Shown one piece after another: positions 16,142-26,627 of a stretch of 58,825 bases of DNA. Source of the stretch: an uncultured Nitrosomonadaceae bacterium (GTDB lineage: Bacteria > Chloroflexota > Anaerolineae > Anaerolineales > UBA11858). A program made the translations under genes and the position numbers. The first letter of the stretch is position 1. Each line of letters opens with the position of its first letter. The DNA is taken from NCBI GenBank assembly GCA_964195965.1, contig CAXMRF010000004.1, forward strand, positions 1 to 58,825, written 5' to 3'. The notes beneath the pieces were generated by a model. That model saw only the letters and a program-made list of their open reading frames with translations. It searched no databases and had not been told where the DNA came from.

Positions 16142-18331
16142 CTAGTAGACCAGGTAAATGCCAATAATTGCCAGCATGGATATTAATAAAATCAACAGGT
16201 AGTTCTGGGCTTTGCCAGTCTGAATTGGACGAAGAACTTTTTCACCAATCCATCCAGTAACATCCGCAACGCCATTGACAAATCCGTCTACTACCTTGAG
16301 GTCGGTAATACCTCCCAGTTCTGCCAATTTTACTCCCGATAGTCCTGTGATATTCACCAGGGCATCCACAACTTTTTCATCAAATTTGTTAGAGAATTCT
16401 GAAATACCCCTCACGATGCGGGCAACCAGATTAACAATTGGATCAATAACCCAATGGTAGTCAAAGTCATATAAGATATCAGCTAATTTTACGGATCCAT
16501 CAATAAAGGTCGCCCGATAAATTTCATCAAAATAGAACCGGTTTTGCATGGCTTTGTATAACCAGCCCAGCCGTATTTTGTTCATCCCTTTTTCCACGGG
16601 ATCCATCTGTCCCTGAACCAGGGGTTTGCGGCCGTACACCCACCAGCCCAATCCCAATCCGCCCAGCGCCAACCCGGAAGATAACAACATCACAGTTACA
16701 GAGAGCGGTGTGGCTGCGTATTCATGTCCAATAAAATTATGGAACCAGTTATTGCCAAGTCCAACAATTTCCTCAGGAATACCCACAAAACCAAGGGTCA
16801 GGGCAAAAAATGCCAGTATTATTAGCGGGGTTGTCATTGTAGCGGGGGTTTCATGTGCATGTTCAGCATGATGGCTCCGCGGTTTTCCCAGGAAAGTCAG
16901 GGAAATTTGTCTCGCAGTATAAAAAGCTGTCAGAAATGCCGCGATGGTTAACAACAGCCAAACAAAAAATGGCCAGGAAGCTGTCCCTTCGAGCATGAAC
17001 TCGTGCCAGGCATGGGCCAGGATTTCATCTTTGCTCCAGAAACCAGCCGTAATAATCGGGAATCCAGACAGGGCAAAACCACCAGCCACAAAGGTCCAGA
17101 ATGTTTTAGGCATTTTCTTTCTCAGGCCGCCCAATTCCATCATATCCTGTTCGTGATGGCAGCCAATTATCACCGAACCGGATCCCATAAATAAGAGAGC
17201 TTTGAAAAAAGCATGGGTGATCAGGTGGAAAGTGGCTGCTACATAGGCCCCGATGCCTAAGGCGGCAATCATATATCCTAGCTGACTTATGGTAGAAAAA
17301 GCCAATACACCTTTAATATCGTTCTGTCCAATGGCTATAATAGCCGCAAATATTGCTGTGAAAGCCCCAATAAAAGCGATGATTCCCATCGTGGGATTAT
17401 GGAGTTCCAATTCAACTACGATATTTAAGAGAGGGAAAATTCTGGCAACCAGGAAAACACCCGCCGAAACCATAGTTGCAGCATGAATCAATGCGCTTAC
17501 CGGCGTAGGACCTTCCATCGCATCCGGCAGCCAGATATGGAGCGGGAACTGAGCAGACTTACCAACAGCACCGCCAAAAATCAGGAGTGCAATTGCTGAG
17601 GCAGCTGACCAACCGCCAAAGATTGGCAGGGCTGGTGTTTCAGCCAGGTGAACCAAAAACTCATGATTAAAAAGAGTATCTGCGTAACTAAGGGTACCGG
17701 CCTGTGAATATAGGTAGATAATACCCAGCATCAAAAACAAATCACCCACTTTAGTGACCAGGAAGGCCTTTAAACCTGCCTGCCGTGGGGTAATTTTATC
17801 GGGATCATCATAGTTCTTCTGGAACCAGAAACCAATCAACAGATAAGAACACAGTCCCATAATCTCCCAGGACATAAACAGGGTCAGTAAATTTTCAGAA
17901 ATTACCAGTCCCAGCATGCCGGTTGCAAAAAGGGCAATATAACCAAAAAAGCGGGCATAATTTGGATCAACTTCATCGGTACCGTATCCCATATAACCGA
18001 CTGAGTAGATAAAAATCATCAAGCAGACAAAGGGAACCATAAAGAGAGCCGCCGCCATCAAAGGGTCAACCCAGAAACCAATACCAAAGGTTGATGTTCC
18101 GGTTTCAAACCAGGGTATGACTTTCTGAATTGGATGTTCTCCCAAATGTGGAGTGCCGATGGCACTGAAAACCACGCCCCACCCTACCAGCCAGGACAAA
18201 ACCATTGAGCCAATGCTCAAGCTATGGCTGAGTTTATTATTATTCTGAGTAAACAGGATAATAATCAGAAAAGCCAGGAAGGGGAAAACCGGGATCAACC
18301 AGGTTATGTTGATGAAAAAATCTTGTATCAT
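16142..18331 (-). CDS. nuoL: NADH-quinone oxidoreductase subunit L
   Basis: 729 aa. WEIMGLCSYLLIGFW motif and a long C-terminal lateral-helix region. Confidence 0.9.
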   Translation of the reverse strand: MIQDFFINITWLIPVFPFLAFLIIILFTQNNNKLSHSLSIGSMVLSWLVGWGVVFSAIGTPHLGEHPIQKVIPWFETGTSTFGIGFWVDPLMAAALFMVPFVCLMIFIYSVGYMGYGTDEVDPNYARFFGYIALFATGMLGLVISENLLTLFMSWEIMGLCSYLLIGFWFQKNYDDPDKITPRQAGLKAFLVTKVGDLFLMLGIIYLYSQAGTLSYADTLFNHEFLVHLAETPALPIFGGWSAASAIALLIFGGAVGKSAQFPLHIWLPDAMEGPTPVSALIHAATMVSAGVFLVARIFPLLNIVVELELHNPTMGIIAFIGAFTAIFAAIIAIGQNDIKGVLAFSTISQLGYMIAALGIGAYVAATFHLITHAFFKALLFMGSGSVIIGCHHEQDMMELGGLRKKMPKTFWTFVAGGFALSGFPIITAGFWSKDEILAHAWHEFMLEGTASWPFFVWLLLTIAAFLTAFYTARQISLTFLGKPRSHHAEHAHETPATMTTPLIILAFFALTLGFVGIPEEIVGLGNNWFHNFIGHEYAATPLSVTVMLLSSGLALGGLGLGWWVYGRKPLVQGQMDPVEKGMNKIRLGWLYKAMQNRFYFDEIYRATFIDGSVKLADILYDFDYHWVIDPIVNLVARIVRGISEFSNKFDEKVVDALVNITGLSGVKLAELGGITDLKVVDGFVNGVADVTGWIGEKVLRPIQTGKAQNYLLILLISMLAIIGIYLVY

Positions 18332-18342
18332 TTTCCTCTCAC

Positions 18343-18654
18343 TTATTCTTTCAATAAATCGATCTCTTCCACAACAACAGTATCGCGATTGCGGTAGATC
18401 GCTATCACCAAGGCTAACCCTACTGCAACCTCAGCGGCTGCAACAGTGAAGACAAAAAGTGCAAAAACTTGTCCGGTCAAACGACCCGGATCCATGAATC
18501 GCCAAAAAGCTACCAGATTAATATTTACCGCGTTGAGCATCAATTCAATGCCCATCAAGATCCCGATCGCATTCCTGCGGGATAAAACACCGTAAATTCC
18601 GATGCTGAATAAAGCAGCAGCAAGGACTAAATACCAATTAAGAGGAATACTCAT
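18343..18654 (-). CDS. nuoK: NADH-quinone oxidoreductase subunit K
   Basis: 103-aa three-TM protein. 4-nt overlap with nuoJ. Confidence 0.9.
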   Translation of the reverse strand: MSIPLNWYLVLAAALFSIGIYGVLSRRNAIGILMGIELMLNAVNINLVAFWRFMDPGRLTGQVFALFVFTVAAAEVAVGLALVIAIYRNRDTVVVEEIDLLKE

Positions 18655-19163
18655 TCTGCACTCCTTGAATCTTGTTCTCTTTCCCTTCCAATCACAATTG
18701 ATCCTACCAGGGCTGCTAAAAGCAGCACTGAGGCGATTTCAAAGGGAACCACATAGGTAGTTAATAATTCCTGGCCCAACAAGGCAATAGGATCATCAGG
18801 CACTGCCCCCTGCACCACCGGCCAATTAGCGCTGTACACTATCCAGCCCAGAACCCCAAACAAAATAAGGGCGCCCAGCGCGGACCAGATCCATTGTGCG
18901 TTTCGCTGCTCAATATCTTTGCTCATTATCCTGCGGGTGAGCATGATAGCAAATACGATCAAAATCGCAATGGCACCGATATAAACCAGGACCTGGACAA
19001 CCGCGATAAAGGGCGCTTCCAACAGCACATAAATACTGGCAATACCCACAAATGCCAGCACAAGGTAAAAAGCGCTGTGGAGAATATTTTTATTGGTCAC
19101 TACTGCGACTGCTGCACCAAGGGTGACAATACTGACCGCTGCAAAAACAATTACGGGTACCAT
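18651..19163 (-). CDS. nuoJ: NADH-quinone oxidoreductase subunit J
   Basis: 170-aa membrane protein positioned between nuoH and nuoK. Confidence 0.85.
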   Translation of the reverse strand: MVPVIVFAAVSIVTLGAAVAVVTNKNILHSAFYLVLAFVGIASIYVLLEAPFIAVVQVLVYIGAIAILIVFAIMLTRRIMSKDIEQRNAQWIWSALGALILFGVLGWIVYSANWPVVQGAVPDDPIALLGQELLTTYVVPFEIASVLLLAALVGSIVIGREREQDSRSAE

Positions 19164-19184
19164 AAATCTATCCTTTTACACCAA

Positions 19185-20387
19185 TTACTTACTTTCCGTA
19201 CCCGGAGGTACTGCCACGGGTCGGGGAGGGAATGTTTCCCTTTCCACTGTCGGTTTACTCTTCCCGGAGAGGTATAGAGAAACCAACAGAATGAAGATAT
19301 TCAAACTAAACATAACCAAAACATACATCCACTGCTTCAGGTCTAAATCCATCATAATCCGGTCAGCAATGGCCACAGCCACAAGGTTAATAAAAGAAAC
19401 TGGAATTAGGAATTTCCAGTTCAGATTTAACATTTCATCAATACGAATGCGGGGCAGGGAAAGGCGTATCCAGGAAATCACCAGGTAAACCAGGAATGAC
19501 TTTCCATAGAAATAAACCACACCCAGAATTGGCCACTGAACAGCCAGTGGGCCGGCCCATCCTCCCAGGAAGAAAATTGTAATTAAAGCGCCAACCGTAT
19601 ATTGATGAAGGAACTCTGCCACGTAAAACATGCCGAATTTCATACCGGAATACTCTGTATGGTATCCAGCCACTAATTCAGATTCAGCCTCGAGCAAATC
19701 AAAAGGAGCTTTTCCAATTTCAGCCATCGAGGAAATCAGGAAAATCAGGGCAGAGAGGGGTGCAACGACAAGATACCACCAGGGCTGCTGCGCTTCAATA
19801 ATGGTGGATAATTTCATCGAATGGGCCAATAAAACCGGGACTAAAAGAGAAACCACCATGGGAATTTCATAGGAAATCAACATAGCCACAGATCGAGATG
19901 CGCCTAACAAAGCGTAGCGGTTATTGGATGACCAGCCGGCCATCAAAATGGCCAGAATGCCAAATGCACCCACAGCTACGATATATAAAACACCTACATT
20001 AACATCCGCGCCAATCACGTTGACCGCAATAGGAAATACTGCCCAGATTGCCAGAACAGACGCCATGGCAAGCACTGGTGCGATGTTAAATAGACCTTTA
20101 TCCGCACCTTTCGGTGTGATGTACTCTTTAGTGAATATTTTAATGATGTCTGCAAAAGACTGGAATATCCCGTAAGGACCAGCCCGGTTGGGGCCAAAAC
20201 GATCCTGGATGCGTCCTGCCAGTTTTCGTTCAACCCAGATTAGCGCGATCACAATCAAAAAACAAATTATGATCACCAGCACACTGCCGAGGGCCTGGAG
20301 AATAAAGAGAGCCAATGGTTCTCCTGCCCCCCAACCCAACAGCAAGTTTTTCAGCCAGTTTTCAATCACATTAATTAAATCAGCCAT
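19185..20387 (-). CDS. nuoH: NADH-quinone oxidoreductase subunit H
   Basis: EYSGMKFGMFYVAEF motif. Start placed at ATG 20387 (MADLINV), 9 nt after an AGGAG SD. The track ORF starts at 20405. Confidence 0.9.
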   Translation of the reverse strand: MADLINVIENWLKNLLLGWGAGEPLALFILQALGSVLVIIICFLIVIALIWVERKLAGRIQDRFGPNRAGPYGIFQSFADIIKIFTKEYITPKGADKGLFNIAPVLAMASVLAIWAVFPIAVNVIGADVNVGVLYIVAVGAFGILAILMAGWSSNNRYALLGASRSVAMLISYEIPMVVSLLVPVLLAHSMKLSTIIEAQQPWWYLVVAPLSALIFLISSMAEIGKAPFDLLEAESELVAGYHTEYSGMKFGMFYVAEFLHQYTVGALITIFFLGGWAGPLAVQWPILGVVYFYGKSFLVYLVISWIRLSLPRIRIDEMLNLNWKFLIPVSFINLVAVAIADRIMMDLDLKQWMYVLVMFSLNIFILLVSLYLSGKSKPTVERETFPPRPVAVPPGTESK

Positions 20388-20420
20388 GAATAAATTCTCC
20401 TGCATCCCATAGGCATGGAT

Positions 20421-20777
20421 CTATGACCAGACCAGGGCACCTTTTCGCGACGCATAAATCAGGCCCGCAAATAGAATAGCGATAAATACTACACCTTCAA
20501 ATACTGCAAATAGGGGAAGTTTTCCCAGGGAGACTGCCCAAGGAAAGAGAAAAATAATTTCAATATCAAAGACCAGGAATATCAGCGCATAAATATAGTA
20601 TTGGGATTTCAACTGAACCCGGATATTTCCTTTGGTTTCGATCCCGCATTCATATACTTCTTCTTTGCGCTTACTGGGTTTTTTGGGAGAAATCAGCATC
20701 GGCAGAGTAACTGCAACAATGGGTACAACAACGGCTACAACCAGGAAAATACCTATATAAACCCAATAGGAAAGCAT
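20421..20777 (-). CDS. nuoA: NADH-quinone oxidoreductase subunit A
   Basis: YECGIE...FLVFDIEIIFLFPWA motif. AAGGAG SD. Confidence 0.85.
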   Translation of the reverse strand: MLSYWVYIGIFLVVAVVVPIVAVTLPMLISPKKPSKRKEEVYECGIETKGNIRVQLKSQYYIYALIFLVFDIEIIFLFPWAVSLGKLPLFAVFEGVVFIAILFAGLIYASRKGALVWS

Positions 20778-21037
20778 CTGTTCTCCTTGCTAAAAAACAG
20801 GTTATCAAATCAGTTTTTGAAACTTCTTATCAACAGCAAATTTTACCATACTACTCTTAGTATTTCCTTGTCCAAAAACAAGCTCATAATTGGATTTCTT
20901 TATCGATCCTTTTGATAATCTTGATCTGAAAAAATATTTTATCCAATCCCTAGTTGACCAGGTCTCTTCGGATGCCACAAATTTATTTAAGAGATTTCCA
21001 GGGATAAATTAATCCAGCAGATTGGACTGATAATAAA

Positions 21038-21997
21038 TTAAATATTTGGCAAATATTGATCTGCAAACAAGGCTGGAGTGCCTCCGGTGTGCCAGTACAA
21101 AACCCGTTCGCCTCGTTTAAAAAACCCGGATCCTATAAGATCAATTAATCCCGCAGCTGCCCTTCCCGTATAGACAGGATCCAATAATATCCCTTCTGTC
21201 TCTGCAAAAAGATGAATTGCCTCCAGGTCCCGGTCATTCATAATCCCATATCCCGCACCGGTATAATCAGCGTTTACCAGAATATTTCCCTCTTCCACTA
21301 TTGAATTTCTCCCCATTTTTTGCTGCAGTTCCCGGGCTATATTCAATACAATCCCCTTCAGGGCATCAGCAGAATTGTCAACGCTGATACCGAGAATCTT
21401 GGTTTCACCAGACTCTCCCCCCCCGATGGAAAGTCCCGCCTGGGTGCCGCCGGATGAGGAAGCAAAAACGATCCAATCCGGCATAGCATTTTTCAACTGC
21501 TCTTCAATCTCAGCATACGCTTGATAATATGCATAAGCGCCAACAGCATTGGACCCGCCATATGGGATTAGATAAGGGTTTTTTCCATTTTTCCTCGCTT
21601 CCTGAAAAGCGCTCTCCAGGGTTTGGTCCCGCCCATTTTTATCTGCCCAAACAATTTTAGCCCCTAAAAGTTGATCCAAAAATAAATTTGCGGAAGGTTT
21701 TTCAGGTGCTGATCCCGCCAATACTAACGTGCAATCCAAGCCGCAGCGCGCTGCCGCAGCAGCAGTCTGGCGGCAGTGATTGGACTGGGCTGCACCTGCG
21801 GTCAGCACCATGCCAGCATTTTCACCCAAAGCCGCGGCCATTAAATATTCCAATTTCCGGGTTTTGTTTCCCCCAAAAGCAAGGCCGGTTTGATCATCCC
21901 GCTTGATCAGCAATTCCGGTCCGTTTAATAATTTAGATAATCTGGGCAGGGATTCAATTCGAGTTGGCAGATGGGCAAAATTTTCTTTTGGAAGCAT
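21038..21997 (-). CDS. PLP-dependent enzyme of the ACC deaminase / D-cysteine desulfhydrase family
   Basis: GGNKTRKLEY motif. Start placed at ATG 21997, preceded by an AAAGGAGG SD 17 nt after the FemAB stop. Confidence 0.75.
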   Translation of the reverse strand: MLPKENFAHLPTRIESLPRLSKLLNGPELLIKRDDQTGLAFGGNKTRKLEYLMAAALGENAGMVLTAGAAQSNHCRQTAAAAARCGLDCTLVLAGSAPEKPSANLFLDQLLGAKIVWADKNGRDQTLESAFQEARKNGKNPYLIPYGGSNAVGAYAYYQAYAEIEEQLKNAMPDWIVFASSSGGTQAGLSIGGGESGETKILGISVDNSADALKGIVLNIARELQQKMGRNSIVEEGNILVNADYTGAGYGIMNDRDLEAIHLFAETEGILLDPVYTGRAAAGLIDLIGSGFFKRGERVLYWHTGGTPALFADQYLPNI

Positions 21998-22014
21998 TCC
22001 GCCTCCTTTATTTA

Positions 22015-23181
22015 TCAAACTTTATTAGGGTCTTCTGTTGTGATTTGACGGGTCTGACGATTTCCAAACCAACGCATAATATTCAGCAAGCGGGGCACCC
22101 AACGAGTATAAATAGTATAGTAAAACGGCCGAACCGGGAAATCCCAGGCGCCAACCGTGTGAACAACTTCTCCATTATAGCCGCGCTTAAAACGGTAGAC
22201 TCCCCACATCGGGTCAGTTTCATCAAAACGATCCGGAGCGCCCCACATATCATAGGTGCTGCATCCTTGATTTTTTGCCCAACGGATGGCTTCCCATTGA
22301 ATTAAATGCGGGGCCATCTTATCACTGTGTGCAGGCAAAGACATACCATGTAAATACCAGGAGTGTTCACCAAATTTAAATATCACAGCACCAGCAACCG
22401 GATCACCATCCAATTCAGCAATTAGTGGCTGAGCAACAGGGTCCTGGTCTGTATCCAAATCCTCCCCCATAAATGATTTCCAGAGAGATAAGTAATATTC
22501 CTCTCCCCTGATAGTAAAACTGCCTCTTACAGATGTATTTGCATACATCCGATACAGTGAAGCCAAATCGGATTGATCTCCCTGACGAACGGTAATGCCT
22601 TTTCTACTGGAAAGCCTGATATTGTAGCGGGTTTTTGATTTCATTCTGGCCAGAAGCTGGTCTTCCTCTTCCTTTAAATCAATCAAAATGGTATTCCGAA
22701 ATTGAATTTGTTCCGGAGAAAAGTGCCACCCGTGTTTGCTAAATTGATCCTGGATCGCCAAACCTTCGGACATTTCAGCGAATCCTTCTTCGCCAGGCAC
22801 TCCCCGCCCGACAATCACATCTGGATCAATCTTAAGTTGAAGAGCCCCATTTTTTTTGGCAAAATTTTCTAAATCATAAAGCACCTGGTCTCGTAAATTG
22901 TGATCACTCCAATCTCCCAACAAGGGTCCTTTTGGAACATACAAAACCGAAAATCCGGGGAGTATTTTCCGTTCCAGGACCAACGCAGCGGCAGCAGGTT
23001 TATTATTTTGAAATTCTCCATTGAGAGAGACAATCAGTTCAAATTGTCCGGCTTCAAAAAACCAGGCCAGGTAATGGGGTATCCATCCATACCGACTTTT
23101 ACCAGCTGCCCATTGAGTTGTCTGCAGAAGATGGGGGTTTTCAATCGTATTTATAATTTGATTCCAGGAAAACAAAGCCAT
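22015..23181 (-). CDS. FemAB-family peptidoglycan interpeptide-bridge aminoacyltransferase, paralogue 2
   Basis: 388 aa. MKSKTRYNIRLSSRKGITVRQ and WGVYRFKRGYNGE motifs are shared with the adjacent paralogue. Confidence 0.8.
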   Translation of the reverse strand: MALFSWNQIINTIENPHLLQTTQWAAGKSRYGWIPHYLAWFFEAGQFELIVSLNGEFQNNKPAAAALVLERKILPGFSVLYVPKGPLLGDWSDHNLRDQVLYDLENFAKKNGALQLKIDPDVIVGRGVPGEEGFAEMSEGLAIQDQFSKHGWHFSPEQIQFRNTILIDLKEEEDQLLARMKSKTRYNIRLSSRKGITVRQGDQSDLASLYRMYANTSVRGSFTIRGEEYYLSLWKSFMGEDLDTDQDPVAQPLIAELDGDPVAGAVIFKFGEHSWYLHGMSLPAHSDKMAPHLIQWEAIRWAKNQGCSTYDMWGAPDRFDETDPMWGVYRFKRGYNGEVVHTVGAWDFPVRPFYYTIYTRWVPRLLNIMRWFGNRQTRQITTEDPNKV

Positions 23182-23195
23182 TCAATCAACCTTTT

Positions 23196-24203
23196 TCATG
23201 ATTTTAATCTTGCCCGGACAGTATACAGGAAATACAAACCAGGCAAATATACCCTGTCCTGGGAATTAAGGGTTCTCTTAAGGTCGCCACCAAATCCCCG
23301 TTTAAATCTATACACACCCCAAAGTCCATCATGTCGTTGTGTAAAGTTCTCTTCCAAAATCTCCTGATCCTGATCCGGCACTCCCCAAAGGTCATAACTC
23401 AGACTGCCCTGGCTCTTAGCCCACGACATAGCTTCCCATTGGATCAAATAAGTAGGCATCCGATCCCGGTGCAAATTCGAAGAAGCGCCATAAAAATACC
23501 AGCTGCGCCTTCCGCGTATAAATACCATAATGCTGGCCAGCGGCGTACCTTCGTATTCAGCCAGGAATATTTTACACGCACCGGATTCCTCAAAAAGTTC
23601 AAAGGCTTTCCGATAATAGTCCAAAGTGTGGATGCCAAAATCTGCCCGATCTGAGGTACCTTCCAACAAGCTGTAAAACGGCTCCACATCATCCAGTTGA
23701 CGAACAGTGACTCCTTTTTTACCAGCCAGGCGAATGTTATAGCGCGTTTTAGATTTCATGCGGGCTAAAATCTCTTCTTCCGATTCTTTTAGGCTGACCA
23801 GGATGGTTCGAGGTGGCTGAATATTGTGCGGGCTGGGCTTGTAAATATCCTGAGGAAGACTCCCTTCTCCGTTTTCACCTTCCCAGCTATCCAGTTCAAT
23901 TTTTAGAAAGACTGTCTTTCTCTGCCGACAAAGTTTATCCAGCTCTTCCTGAAATCCGTCCCAATCGGGATGTTCTATCACCGAACCAGATCTCGAAACT
24001 GGACCACGCGGGATATAAGCGATCTGGTATCCAAAAGGTATTTGTTGGAACAAAATCTGAGCTCCAAGACCACCATGGATTAACCAGCAGGTCTCCCAAC
24101 CAAATTGGGATTTCAGCTCACCCCAGTCTGAGGTTTGCAACACATGGGCATCAGGGCAGGTCGAAATAAATTCTTTCCATTCCTGGAGGGATACAATAGA
24201 CAT
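23196..24203 (-). CDS. FemAB-family peptidoglycan interpeptide-bridge aminoacyltransferase, paralogue 1
   Basis: 335 aa. MKSKTRYNIRLAGKKGVTVRQ and WGVYRFKRGFGGD motifs. Confidence 0.8.
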   Translation of the reverse strand: MSIVSLQEWKEFISTCPDAHVLQTSDWGELKSQFGWETCWLIHGGLGAQILFQQIPFGYQIAYIPRGPVSRSGSVIEHPDWDGFQEELDKLCRQRKTVFLKIELDSWEGENGEGSLPQDIYKPSPHNIQPPRTILVSLKESEEEILARMKSKTRYNIRLAGKKGVTVRQLDDVEPFYSLLEGTSDRADFGIHTLDYYRKAFELFEESGACKIFLAEYEGTPLASIMVFIRGRRSWYFYGASSNLHRDRMPTYLIQWEAMSWAKSQGSLSYDLWGVPDQDQEILEENFTQRHDGLWGVYRFKRGFGGDLKRTLNSQDRVYLPGLYFLYTVRARLKS

Positions 24204-24236
24204 AAATAAATCCTAAAAAAGAGGGACTGGACAAGG

Positions 24237-25178
24237 TTAGTTGGATGAAGATCCTTTCATCCAGGCTGCTGTTTGTTTTAGACCTTCCTTAAAACTTGTA
24301 CTGGGTGTAAATTCGAGCAGTTCTTTCGCCCGGCCAGGATCACCTAAAGAGCGGTATATATCACCTGCCCTGGCTTCTTCAAAACTGGGTTGAATTTCTC
24401 TTCCATAAATATTACCAAGCAACTTGATCAAATCCAACAAATTGATCTCTTCGCCTGAACAAATATTGATCACCTGACCCGGGGCTTGGCTGGATTCAGC
24501 AGCCAATAAATTCGCCCTGACAAGATCCGAAACAAAAATAAAATCACGGCTTTGCAACCCATCACCAAAGATCATAGGATCTTCTTCATTTTCAAGTGTT
24601 TCGATAAAGATTGGAATTACAGCAGCATAATCTGAACCCGGGTTTTGGCGGGGTCCAAACACATTAAAATAACGCAATGCCACCACATCCAATCCAAATT
24701 GCCGGGTATATAGACTGGTATATATCTCTCCAATATATTTGGAAGCAGCATAAGGAGATAATGGATCTGCTGTTTCATCTTCCTTAAGTGGAACTGAGGA
24801 ATTATTCCCATAAACCGCAGCACTCGAAGCTAAAACCACCCGCTTGACCCCTGCACTCCGGGCAGCGGATAACAACCGGGTTGTACCAGCCACGTTGATA
24901 TCAAAACAAGTATCTGGCTCTTCCATGGACAAGGGAACTGAAACAAAGGCAGCTTGATGAAAAATTGTATCCACTCCCCTGACCGCATTTTCCAGATCAA
25001 CCGGATCGCGCAAATCCCCCTTAATCAAATCAATTTGATCCTTAACATGGGCTAAATTTTCCAATTTTCCGGTTGAAAAATTGTCCAACACCCGGACAGC
25101 ATCCCCCCGCTTAATTAAGGCATCCACCAGGTGCGAGCCTATAAAACCGGCGCCTCCGGTAACTAGTGAGACTGGCAT
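24237..25178 (-). CDS. NAD-dependent sugar-nucleotide epimerase/dehydratase
   Basis: VTGGAGFIGSHL Rossmann motif and the YAASKY catalytic motif. Confidence 0.85.
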   Translation of the reverse strand: MPVSLVTGGAGFIGSHLVDALIKRGDAVRVLDNFSTGKLENLAHVKDQIDLIKGDLRDPVDLENAVRGVDTIFHQAAFVSVPLSMEEPDTCFDINVAGTTRLLSAARSAGVKRVVLASSAAVYGNNSSVPLKEDETADPLSPYAASKYIGEIYTSLYTRQFGLDVVALRYFNVFGPRQNPGSDYAAVIPIFIETLENEEDPMIFGDGLQSRDFIFVSDLVRANLLAAESSQAPGQVINICSGEEINLLDLIKLLGNIYGREIQPSFEEARAGDIYRSLGDPGRAKELLEFTPSTSFKEGLKQTAAWMKGSSSN

Positions 25179-25182
25179 AGGG

Positions 25183-26610
25183 CTATTTTCCTTTTAATCC
25201 AAAGATTGTTGCGGGTGTACCCAGGATAATGCGGAGATCTAATAAAACAGTTCGGTTCTTAATGTAATAAAGATCGTATTCCAATTTATCGATAGTTTCT
25301 TCCACTGTTTCCGGGTAGCCATAATTGATTTGAGCCCAACCGGTCACGCCGGGTTTAACCAGAAGCCTGGCCCGGTAAAATGGCACATCTTTCTGGAGCT
25401 TGTTAATCAAGCTGGGTCTCTCAGACCGAGGACCAACCAGACTCATTTCACCCTTAAGGACATTAATAAATTGGGGAAATTCATCCAGGTGAGTTTTACG
25501 CAGGAACCTGCCAATTCTAGTGATTCTCTGATCCCCATCACTGGCCCATTGGGCTTGACCATCTTTTTCAGCGTCTTTTATCATGGTTCGGAATTTTATG
25601 ATCTTGTAAGGCTTGGCACCCTGCCCCGAACGTTCCTGGCGATAAAAGATAGGTAAGCCATTGTCCACGAAAATCAAAAACCCAACTGGCAGCAGCAGAA
25701 TTAAAAATATAATTACCCCAATTAATCCACCGATTAAATCCATTATCCTTTTGGCTATATGATACATTCCGCTCACTCCGGTATCATCCACAAAGGAACG
25801 CAAAAGCCAATCAGTTTCAAGAATTCGGATAGGTACTTGATGATTCAATTCTTCGTAAGCTACGGGCATGCGAGTGATATCCACCCCGACTTCCTGGGCA
25901 TCCAGTAAAGCCTGGAAGGTGCCACCCTTGATTACCCCTGTGATGGCCACAATCATATCGGATATTCTTTCTTTCTCAATGACATCCAACAAATCCTGAC
26001 CGGAGCCGAGTACTTTATAACCTTCAATTTCCTGCCCAAGTTTTTCAGGATCGTCATCAATGATCCCAATCAAATAATAGGGTTTGGGCTCTATCTCATT
26101 GAATGATTTTAATAATATCTTTCCCGATACACCCCCGCCAACAAGAAGAACGCGAGGTAAAAATAATTCCGAAGTCAGAACCCGAATATAAAAAAGTCGC
26201 CACAACAATGTAAAAACAAATGATCCCAATATGAATATTCCTACAGCTGTCCGCGGTAAGGATTCCGGGGGTGAGGTAAAGTAAACACCCAGATAGAGAA
26301 AAGAACCGATTAATGCCGCGGTTGCCACACCTTGCAAAGTCTTGCTCCAACTGGATGCTTTCCTGATTTCATACAGTTCAATGATAAGGAAAAACCAGAA
26401 AAAAGGCAGTAAATAAAACCAGGTGGGTACTTGTTCCAGGATAAAGGTAAAGGAGAACCCTTCAGGTTGGGCCTGGTTTCCCCAGATCAGTAACGATAAA
26501 ACAAGCACCAGTACTTCAGCTAAAATATCACCAACAAACAGCATTATCCTCCGCTCAACAAAACGGAAGCGGAAGCGGCGTTCTTTTTGAGGATCAAATG
26601 ATTTGTTCAT
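25183..26610 (-). CDS. Polyprenyl-phosphate glycosylphosphotransferase (bacterial sugar transferase)
   Basis: N-terminal TM helices, then DEFPQFINVLKGEMSLVGPRSERP. Confidence 0.85.
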   Translation of the reverse strand: MNKSFDPQKERRFRFRFVERRIMLFVGDILAEVLVLVLSLLIWGNQAQPEGFSFTFILEQVPTWFYLLPFFWFFLIIELYEIRKASSWSKTLQGVATAALIGSFLYLGVYFTSPPESLPRTAVGIFILGSFVFTLLWRLFYIRVLTSELFLPRVLLVGGGVSGKILLKSFNEIEPKPYYLIGIIDDDPEKLGQEIEGYKVLGSGQDLLDVIEKERISDMIVAITGVIKGGTFQALLDAQEVGVDITRMPVAYEELNHQVPIRILETDWLLRSFVDDTGVSGMYHIAKRIMDLIGGLIGVIIFLILLLPVGFLIFVDNGLPIFYRQERSGQGAKPYKIIKFRTMIKDAEKDGQAQWASDGDQRITRIGRFLRKTHLDEFPQFINVLKGEMSLVGPRSERPSLINKLQKDVPFYRARLLVKPGVTGWAQINYGYPETVEETIDKLEYDLYYIKNRTVLLDLRIILGTPATIFGLKGK

Positions 26611-26627
26611 AATTTATTTCTCAATAC